A DNA stretch of 20,000 nt, from the NCBI GenBank assembly GCA_000934665.2, contig KZ538509.1, forward strand, positions 45,157-65,156, in the 5' to 3' direction. This DNA is from Catajapyx aquilonaris (taxonomy: Eukaryota). Positions 11,042-20,000 of this stretch are shown here, in pieces. Position 1 is the first letter of the stretch; every line of letters begins with the position of its first letter. The notes under the pieces were generated by a model that ran no database searches, was not told the origin of the DNA, and saw only the letters and a program-made list of their open reading frames with translations. Position numbers and translations under genes: made by a program.

Positions 11042-11153
11042 GGGTGGAATTTTCGTCCCACCCCTAGTTACTGCTAACTTAGCGGTACCAGTGTAGTGCA
11101 TTGGTACTGCTAAGTCAGCCGTAACTAGCAGCAGTGGGACGAAAATTACATCC
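11042..11153. repeat. Short foldback/hairpin element (probable MITE)
   Basis: AATTTTCGTCCCAC..TAGTTAC.GCT.ACTTAGC.GTACCA pairs with TGGTAC.GCTAAGT.AGC.GTAACTA..GTGGGACGAAAATT, giving arms of about 50 bp and a very small loop. Confidence 0.75.
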
Positions 11154-14100
11154 TCTGTGTATTATGGCAATTTCTTAACAGTGCCGCTTCGGAATTTTAA
11201 TATTATCTATAACAACAATTTTTAAAGATTTTCCTTACTACTGAAAAGTTGCAAAAATGTGACATTACTGGTGACTGCAATGACCGCTTCAATAATATTC
11301 TACGGCAATTGTGAATTAGATGGGGAAATGCGAATTCTAGGTCGCTCTTGAGTACATGATACACAATTACCGCAGGCGACCATCTCCACTCAGGTCGATT
11401 AGTAGTGGGTGAAACAGTCAGGCAGCTTAAGTATTGTCCTCGTGAAGAAAATTTTTAAAATTACAAAAATCATTCAAATTCAAACAAAACTGGCCTGAAG
11501 TGCCGATAACGTACTTTCAGGTCAAAGGGCCATATGCGACCCGCATGCTGGGGTCTATGCTCTCGTTTAGTTGTACGTTGAGGTGAACTTCCGAAGTATC
11601 CGGTTCAAAAGAAGGGTACAGGAAGAAATATTAATGTGGAGTCTTTGTTTCAAGTATAGATTGAGCTCTGATAAGCTCTCTAATCCAGGCTTCAAACTGA
11701 GTGGTCAGTTCCCATTTTGAAAAACGTAGCTTAACAGTTCTAAGAGCTACATGCTCGGATATAGGACTAAAAATTACCATTAAGGCGAAGCTAGCGTGTT
11801 ATTGTTGATTTCTTTCAATGAGTTATCATTCTGGTTTCTGGATCTATCAGTTCATAAAACTGCACTTGATTTTGTGTGAACGTTAAATAAAAATACATTG
11901 ATTTTATAGGAAAATTATTCCCTCCTCTAATAATGGTGTGGCCTGCTAGTGGAAGTTATTTAGGCCCTGAACTTCACCTCTGCGAGAGCTGAGCTCTGGT
12001 ACCTTATTGCTGCGACTGCGACATGGACTTTGCCATGTGGAAAGAGTGAGGAGTTGTGTCTGTGCCCACATGAATCTGCAGTATATAATTATTGCTAAAT
12101 GCTAATCTCACTTGTAAAGTTTTAATGTTTAACGATATTAACACATCATAATTATGCTCTATTATGTATTTGCCTGGCTACGCGGAGAAATAACTGTAAG
12201 CACAGTAGAGTCGGCCCATAAAGCCTTGCAGGAATCTTCCATCTCATCGCACAATTTCCTTTGAACAATGCGATATGTTATTAGAAGATGTAATCTTCCC
12301 AGCTTCTGAAAAACAAATACCATTAGGAGAACGTGTTCAAGAAGAAAAGGAACTGAGAGCTCTATGCGTCACTGGCGACATTTCAAGGTTGCTGTGCAGT
12401 AACATCTGTTATTTGGAGGGTCAGTACGTGCTCAAGGAGCCCAAGACTTGAGTGGGTTATGCAATATGTAGTATATCTCCACCGCTGTGTGTGTTTTCAC
12501 TATGATTCACTTCGTGCCGAGTACTGGACACCACGGTAATGCGAAGTTAGAAAGGGGTGTTAGGTGGAAGGCTCACTTAACAATCCAATTTCCGCGAATT
12601 CGCATTCCTTAAGATGAATCCTCCGTTTGGGTCGGATCTGCTCGCTTGCCTCATTACTGCCAGAAACGTCTTAGATTTCCCCCGAATGAAGTTGCACGAA
12701 GACACTATTTTGCACCCAGAACTCATCATTGCCTGCGCTGGGGAACCGGATTAATTGCGCATGGTGTAAACGGCCGCGCGGGAAGTTTCCGGGTTTCAAT
12801 CTAAAAGTTATAGGTTGGTTGGAAATCTGGGGGGATTTTGGTGTCTGTGAGCTTTCCATTAGCGGCGTATCGGAAGCCGTGGAAGCGCAAAACAATGCGA
12901 CAGCCCTTTTAGAGCCCGGGAGACCTGAGACGGTGTGCCATTGGATTCTTCTGGCGCGGGACATGCGCCCGGATCATGTGGGTACAAGAGCAGAAGCGTG
13001 TACAAGTCATCCCTTTCTAACTGTATTAACAACAAAGCCCAACCTAGGAGAGGATCATATTTGGCGTGGGACTTTTGTTCCCGGATGAGTTTTCCTTGTC
13101 ACCTATCACCCTTGTTTCGGGGACTGCAGGTGATTAAGGCTCTTTTCTGCCCCTCGCTGTAGGAGGGACTTTATCTGTCTCCAGGGTGTCTTCTCACACA
13201 TCATGAGCAAGGGGATTCACAGAATGTAATGCATTCGCTACATTCATCCATCTAAACATAACTTGAAGGCTTTTTTTTGGCAGAAATTACTGTGGTCAGT
13301 GACCTTTGGAGCATAGTTAAACAGCAGTGTAATGAACTCTGCAGTGACTTGCTCTGGGAACGGGTATATGTTGGCTACAAAAGGAACTACACTTCTTGGC
13401 GCTATAGTTCTAACAAAGAAGACAGGTCTATATTAAACAGATATTATAATTACAAGCGTTACTGTACTACTCTTATTATATATATTCTCTCTCTGTGCAA
13501 GATATTGGAAATTTTTCGTGATACCTGTTGCCCCATTAGCGGTACAAACTTTACAAGGGAGTTATTCATATTGTTATGGTAAACAAAATTAATTCTAGTT
13601 ATCTGCCCAAAACATCCCTCTGTCTAGTAAATCGATAAATTTTGAGTGCTAAATCCACTGGTGCTATTTGGTTGGCATTAACTAGTGAGGCGCAAGCCGG
13701 AAAGCTCAGCCTTCGTGTATCATTCAATCTCTCTAATTGCAAATCCATTATTGGACTTTGCAAAAAAAAAAAGTACCGTACTTGTCTAACCGACTAGCAC
13801 CCTGCTGACGTTTACGCCGGACACAAGTGAATTTATCGTCAATTTTCAGCAAAATTAGCCGTTTTTTGTATTAAATATTTTTTTAAAAATGTGTCTTAAT
13901 ATACTTTTTGTGACGTCGTATGTTACATTTCAATTGGCCTTCTCACGGCTACAGCAATAATAAACATTTGGATTCAGTGTTTCGGCTCACAAGCTTTCAA
14001 GTGAATTAAATTGCACTGGAGGATTGTGTCATGCGGAATAGTTTCATCCGATAAAAAGGACACTATACACGTTATGGGTCCCAAATGGCAAGTCAGTGAT

Positions 14101-16679
14101 TATCGTACGAAATCAATTCTTGCTGCAAGGGTGTACTGTATTAATCAAAGTCACAGAGAATCTACAGAGTTGTCACCTCTGATAATGTAGCCAAACTTAT
14201 TGCCCTGAATAAAATACGTCCAGCCAGTCGTGAGCACCATTCGCTCACCACCAATCATGACAGCGACGCTATTCATCGATGCATCCGACGTGCAATGTAA
14301 CTCCATTCAATCGCATCGGTTCATCCTCACGGATTGGTGAGCAATGATTTGTAAGAGCTTACACTCATGCCATTAAAGGCTCTTTCGAAATGGTCGACTT
14401 GATAATCATGTTTGAATTACTTACACCTTTGCAGCGCCCTCCAAAATACACTACGTGTTTTATTCTCCCTTTTTTGTTTACAGTACGCATGAAAAGCTGC
14501 AGGCTTTACACTTCCATTGTGCTGTTCACCGCTTAGTTAATTAATTATATCCTTTTCGAAACAGAAGCCATGTTGGCTATTTTTCCAGGAGGTCTGCTCT
14601 GTAACGGCGCGTTTCCGTTTAAAATTAATCTACCGCAACACGAGTGTTGTCCACAGTCTAATGAGAGTGGTCTCTAGAATGTATAGCACCACCTCCACCC
14701 TCTAATAACCACCCGGAAAGTGAAGGCCATTCTTGCAGACCCCTAGTACTACAGTGTATAGATGGTGTTAGTCTCAGAGCAGGCTGGAAGGCGCCGGCGG
14801 ACAGAAAATAGCTTGTGTCATTACTTTTCTAGTGATCCAAGGAGGAGAATGGATCCCTGGGGATCCCTATAGGAAATGTTTTTCCCGGCACTGGCTGGCC
14901 ATTAGCCTTTCGAGGGTTTCTTGATTGAACCTATAACATGCCCTTAACCTTCCGCGCTTGGTTTTGGAGATTGTTGGCAGTGACGGGTCGGCCGTCTTCC
15001 TTCGATGGGCCATCGTCTCCTGGATTACAAGCTGGCCGTAAAAGCTGCGAGCAATTTTGCAACAGCATTTTTCCACTTTCCGTCTGAATTATGGGCGAGT
15101 AACAGCGGTACACCGAGAGCCAGTGCAATCTAAACTTTCTTGTTTCCTTTGAGAGACGGCGGAAAAGAATGTGACTTCAGATCATCTGATCGCAGTGGTT
15201 CGTCAGATGCGAGACTTGCATATTAGAGCATTGCATGTGAATTTGATGAAAAATCATAGATAAGCGTTTGTAATGTGTGGCACAGCTTTTTTCGTGCTTG
15301 ATTATGATCGCGATATTTTTTATGTTACGTAAATGGTAATGTGTCGTAAGCCTGGCAGACCTATCTTATCAGAATCACAAAATCATGTTATATATTTTTA
15401 ATGTGTCATATCCATTGTTGTTATCGCTTGCTTCCAGCATATAGCTACTGGCTACAGCATGCGGCCTATCGTGTAAGCAGAATGAAGGATTTAAATCCTG
15501 CAAACTGTTGAATAACAAAATGGGAATGATTTTCACGAAGCATAAACACTCGCGAAACTCAGTTTGAGCAGAAGGCAAACAACAAATAGTTTCAATAATA
15601 ATGATGATGGCTGCCAGCCTCTAGAATGGGAGCCGAATTAGTAGCGTTTTCTAGTCTGAATCATTTCCCCTGAATAAGTAATAGTTTCCTGGAGCGGCTG
15701 AGCTGGATTACTCTGGCAGTGTATACCTCAGAGCCCGAGAGGAAAAGTTGATGATATGAACTCCCTAGCTATTCAATCCACCTGCAGCAGTTTCCCCAAG
15801 AAGACCTTGCTTTTGTAGGCAAAGTTTCGACCCAAGTGCGAACAAGTTGACCCGGAGGACAGTAAGCCAGGGTCTGGGATAGATACCAAATAATTAATAT
15901 TCATAGCCAGTGGCTGCCTCGCGCCGTTTCAGGTTACAGTGCTGTGCCCTGAGTTATTTCACAGGGCTGCACGCCCTCCAAAAGTTATCGGCCGAGTTGG
16001 GCCAGAATGAAAATAATTGGGGTAGAGGAAGTTGCTTCTGTGTCAGAGCCGGTGCTTTAAAAAAATGACCAACCTGCATGCAAGTAGCGTGAGAAGGACA
16101 AATTTTTCTTAAGGCAAAGGTTATACGTCCTGGGCGACATAATAAGGAAACCACTATGTGCATCGGGCTACAAAACAATTTCTCTTAGATCAGGCTGTAT
16201 GTATAGATGCAGTAGGGTAGAAACAGCCCGGTTGCTCCGTTTCGGGCATGGCCACTCCGGATTCCCACTTGATTACATGGGACTTTTATTGCCCTCCAGT
16301 TCTGTTGACTTATCTTCCGGAAGAAGGTGACCCGGTGCAGCCAAATGAGAAACTCGCGATGTTATTGCCCTACGGCAGCCACTCCTCGATTTAATGTTTT
16401 TTTGAGCTGCAGCAAACTTTTTTATTGGGTGGTGCTTGTGAATTACAATGATCAATCAGGTTAATTAGGACCAGATGATGTGAATGAATGACGAGCCAAT
16501 CATGTGTGCAATGCGATTTTGGCAAGTGCGTTTTGAATTCAGGGGAAATAATTCATTGTCAATAAAGGTAATAGAATTGCTGACACACACTGGAGGCAGT
16601 TGATCCCCTGCCTGAAAACACCTGTAATGTCATGCCCACCATCCACACTCAGCACATGATTCACATTTTCGGCAAAACA

Positions 16680-16917
16680 ATTGAAGACCTCTGGTGAAGA
16701 ACGATCAAGATCCACCTCAGGTGAAACAGAGATATTCCAATTTCAAATTTCGAAGGCCCATGAGGTTCTATTGTTAATCCCACTAGTGACCTATGATCAT
16801 TACTTCACGACCACGACCACACCTTCATATTTTACGCTAGTGAAACTATCTTCTGAGATATGTAACTCACTTCTGACAAAAAGGGACCTTCATCGTTCTT
16901 CCTCCGAGGTCTTCAAT
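16680..16917. mobile_element. Unclassified MITE with ~34-bp imperfect TIRs
   Basis: The left end ATTGAAGACCTCTGGTGAAGAACGATCAAGATCC (16680-16713) matches the reverse complement of 16884-16917, ATTGAAGACCTCGGAGGAAGAACGATGAAGGTCC, with 5 mismatches. The TSD is ambiguous because the flanks are AT-rich. Confidence 0.7.
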
Positions 16918-17615
16918 AATATTATTCTCGCCGTTTTTTTTTTGTCCCACTCCGCCAACATAAAGAGTTGAACAAGCTGGTAAACAATAGTCGGCTATCA
17001 ACCATGTTTCCTATTTTCAGGAGCATTTGAGTGAGCCTGCGCACATCCTGACGACGATAGCAGACCCGGCGGAATATCGTATCTCGGCCTCCTCGTCTAG
17101 TCGACTCTCGGAGGTCTAGTCAAGAAGAATACCTGTCTGGTTACGCATCTACCTACACTTGGCATGCCCACCTGTTGCGTGGGATAATGGTGCTTCTACA
17201 CGACAGCCGTCCTTTTCCTTTGTTCATCTAAGGCACATTTGGCCGACACATATCCACAGGTAGGTGGATTTTTGTCTTTTATTATGATACGAGCACTAAT
17301 TTTTAGCATCCTATAGGCTACTTGTAGAGTAGAAACATTTTGATGGGACATTACATTTGACTTGCAGTAGTTCAAAAACGAAATATAGCCGGCAGTGAAA
17401 GAGTTGTTTAAACATTTGAAGACTTCGATTCCATTACTCGGTAAGTTTGATTTCAATTTTAAAAAAGTTAGGAAAATTAGACTACTTGACGTCACTTGGT
17501 AAGACAGTTCATGCATTTCTGAAGGTAATTTTTACTCATTTATTTATGGTGAACAGTTTCCTTTAGCATTATGACCTTACAAGCTGACCGTGTTACAAAA
17601 TATGCAAATGATATA

Positions 17616-18215
17616 CAGTAAAACTTATATAAGTCAAATCTCCATGGGACCGGAAAAAAACTTCGAGTTATAGAAGATTCGAGTTAGAGAAGTTTGGCTT
17701 TTTTGATCACAGAACTCTATAAGGAAGCCTATACCTTTATATCCAGCGACGAAAGGTGTTCAAAACTTTAAAATAATTGTCACTATCACACTTACAATGT
17801 TCCTCGTTGTAGTGTTGTGAAAAAATCTCCGTTATGGACATTTGCCTAACTCTTAGATTCAAGGATCCAATTATCACAATCGAGTCAAACACTTCTTTCG
17901 TACGTCTGGTAGACGGAGATCAGAAAATTGGGCCTTTCTGTACATGTGGCCTACTCTCGACCCTTCGGCTGGGAAATGAGAAAATGTTCCGTACTCGCCA
18001 ACATGAACTTCGACTTAGGGAGACTGAAAATGTATTGATATCCCATCCTATAAGGGCCTGCCTGCACTTCGAGTTATGGAAATTCGAGTTACAGAAATTC
18101 GAGTTCGGGAAGTTTATTTCCTATTATTTTACATTGTGACCAACCAAGCTCATAATTTTCTTCGATTTATAGAGAACTTTCACTTAGGAAAGTTCGACTT
18201 ATAGAAGTTTTACTG
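17616..18215. mobile_element. pogo/Tigger-like non-autonomous DNA transposon (600 bp)
   Basis: TA|CAGTAAAACTTATATAAGTC...GACTTATAGAAGTTTTACTG|TA. Clusters of TTCGAGTTA/TTCGACTTA subterminal repeats lie near both ends. TA TSD. Confidence 0.92.
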
Positions 18216-18472
18216 TATTAATAGCCTACACGTGCCTGCAATGGAAAAACTGATTGAAGACTAATAGCTGATTCTGATAAATGTTTGGGTGCTGATTTCA
18301 GGAAAAGTACTTAAAAACTTCCATCACCCATCCATTTTCCACAAACTTACAATTTTATATCCATAGCCATAGATCCAACTGATGGGTATTTAATGACAAC
18401 TAATGGTTCTAGTGACAATTCAAGAACCAGTTTGTCAGAAAATGAGGTCTGGCGATGACTTACTTCTTTTTG

Positions 18473-18493
18473 CCCCCCCCCCCCCNCCCCCCC
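18473..18493. repeat. Poly-C tract containing an N
   Basis: Run of 21 positions, all C except the ambiguous base at 18486. Confidence 0.9.
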
Positions 18494-18610
18494 TCCACAC
18501 TCCGTATTATTTACTCAGTGTTTCTCTAGGTGTCATATCTCAAGGAGTTTTTCTCCTTAGTAATTGAGTTTTACTTGTGGTTTTAATATATTATGTGACG
18601 TGAACTAAAA

Positions 18611-18779
18611 ATGGCTGCAAGGGGCCGTATTGAATCACATGATTCCTTTTGTTACATTATTTTGTGGGGAATTAGTAGTGAAGAAATACCACAAAAATTT
18701 GCCTATATGATAAACGTGTGTTATGCATATTTTTAGGAGTACAACTTGGCGACCAGGATAATCCACTGGCTACACATAA
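18611..18779 (+). pseudogene. Decayed N-terminus of a Chapaev3 (CMC) transposase, truncated by a nested insertion
   Basis: ATG at 18611. The frameshifted blocks MAARGRIESHDSFCYI / CGELVVKKYHKNL / YAYF / GVQLGDQDNPLATHK match the recalled Chapaev3 N-terminal motif DxFCYICGE...YxAYFGxKLGDQDKxWAPH. The 5' non-coding part of the element probably extends upstream to about 18230-18290. Confidence 0.8.
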
Positions 18780-19780
18780 GGGCAATTCCACGTGAACGTG
18801 ATCACCTTTTTCACGAATAAATTTGCCCGCCGATGAGTGAGAGATATGTTTGAGTCCATGTCAAGTTATGACCTTTCCCATAAGGATTTGGTTCGCCGAT
18901 GCGTGGTTGCCTATCTGCAGGCGCTAATTGGACTTGGATCACAGTTAGAGGCTCCCCCCTATTACAATTACATGACAACGTAAATGCATGATGTAATACA
19001 TGTTTCATGTGTGAAATTGTCTCCTCTTTCCGACAAAAATAGTCACTTTCCGATAGCTGTGCAAATTCATGTCAAAATGCGACATTTTTGCAAACAAATG
19101 ACATTTTCAAAAAGAGAGCCAAAGTCAAATGGCATTATATTGATATCAAAATACACCTCACAGTGTCCTCTATCAGTGGTACAAACGGAATTTTGGAATA
19201 CGAAATGGTTCCGGAGCTATAGGTATTGACGTGGAGCGCTGCGCTAGTGGAGGAAACAGATATTCTTTTTTACTCATCAGTGGATCACCAGAGAACAAAA
19301 GATGAACTGCGCAAAAGATTTTCTATGGCGAGGACAATCCCTGGAACATTACAATTCCATTGTTTTATTCCCAACCATGAGAAGAAGGAGTTGATTGTAA
19401 AAAAATCTATTCTTTCACAAACTGTGAAGTTTTTTTTTTTTTGCATTACCCCATTGGGAGTTACATTTCCTTTAGGGGGGTGGAATACCACCATTTGGGT
19501 GGAACCGGTATACTAAGATAGTATTTAGTGTGTTCCAAGGGTAGGTAGGAGGGGATGTGCAAAGTGCGTGTGCAATGTCGTTGATGTGCCGTTTTGTGAA
19601 CTCCCCCGGGTGGCATATGTGGAAGGATCGCCACCCGAAACGAAGCCAGAGACGGTCTCACTCTGCACGAAAGAAGGTGGGAACCCCGGGTGGGGATTGA
19701 ACCCGGGACCTTAACTTCCGTGGGCGCACGCGTTACCGCGGCGCCACTTCGTCTCCCCAACTGTGAAGTATTTACCATAG
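18780..19780 (+). mobile_element. Internally deleted DNA transposon, tentatively Sola2-like, interrupted by a SINE; right end not seen
   Basis: It begins abruptly at GGGCAATTCCACGTG, exactly where the Chapaev3 homology stops. The coding remnant at 19250-19430 reads ILFYSSVDHQRTKDELRKRFSMARTIPGTLQFHCFIP...SQTVK and continues after SINE removal as YLP* (to 19780). RF..A.TIPGT...H.F.P is a recalled DDE-transposase C-terminal motif. The superfamily is uncertain. Confidence 0.55.
19431..19758 (-). mobile_element. Full-length tRNA-derived SINE (tRNA-Arg(ACG)-like head)
   Basis: On the minus strand: A box TGGCGCCGCGG (19736-19746) and B box GGTTCAATCCC (19693-19703). The head AGTGGCGC...TAACGCGT...ACGGA resembles tRNA-Arg(ACG). 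Poly-A tail at 19431-19442. Perfect 11-bp TSD AACTGTGAAGT (19420-19430 and 19759-19769). Confidence 0.93.
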
Positions 19781-19984
19781 AATAGTAAGAATAAATGAAA
19801 ATTCCTTGGTCATGTTCAACAAAGTTTCAATTTTCACAAGTGTCAAGTATTAAAATATGACGGATTAATTAGAATAAAAAAGCATGTAGCCTACTTTTTA
19901 TTGGTGTGTTCATTCCTCTAGCTATTGTCTATTCGTTCCTAGTCACAGTCCAAATGAACATTCACTGTTGAGACTTGTACCATA

Positions 19985-20000
19985 CAGGGTGCGGAAAATT
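19985..20000 (+). mobile_element. Possible start of another Tc1/mariner-type TIR at the window edge
   Basis: TA|CAGGGTG, the same terminal motif as the mariner-type elements at 9115-9451 and 11026. Only 16 bp are visible. Confidence 0.3.

Noticed and set aside
13284..13361. Possible coding exon (EITVVSDLWSIVKQQCNELCSDLLWER)
   Set aside because: The acceptor is plausible but the donor (GTATAT) is weak, no homology is recognised, and no partner exons were found.
14238..14346. Imperfect inverted repeat CATTCGCTCACCA/TGGTGAGCAATG
   Set aside because: Only about 12-20 bp with indels and no TSD. Possibly an old TE remnant, but not supportable.
19680..19758. Functional tRNA-Arg gene
   Set aside because: Degenerate cloverleaf. 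It is the head of a TSD-flanked SINE.

Overview
Eukaryotic (most likely invertebrate animal) non-coding DNA, either intergenic or a large intron. I cannot support any intact protein-coding gene. The supplied ORFs are short and have no recognisable domains, apart from pieces of decayed transposases. The window is a patchwork of transposable elements. There are two full-length tRNA-derived SINEs with target-site duplications (TSDs): a tRNA-Gly-like head at 3828-4110 (+) and a tRNA-Arg-like head at 19431-19758 (-). There are several MITEs with clear terminal inverted repeats (TIRs): hAT-like 751-903, CACTG 1733-1911, Tc1/mariner-like 9115-9451, pogo/Tigger-like 17616-18215, and two unclassified foldbacks. 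Decayed transposase fragments include a mariner C-terminus, a Chapaev3 N-terminus, and tentative Sola2-like and Academ-like pieces. The two most notable observations are (i) the two otherwise unrelated SINEs share a structurally conserved 3' CCCCCCTAA-[hairpin]-GGGGTAA-(A)n tail, and (ii) a multi-level nested TE stack occupies 18.2-20 kb. I see no evidence for a new multi-gene system. Family assignments come from recalled motifs, not database searches.
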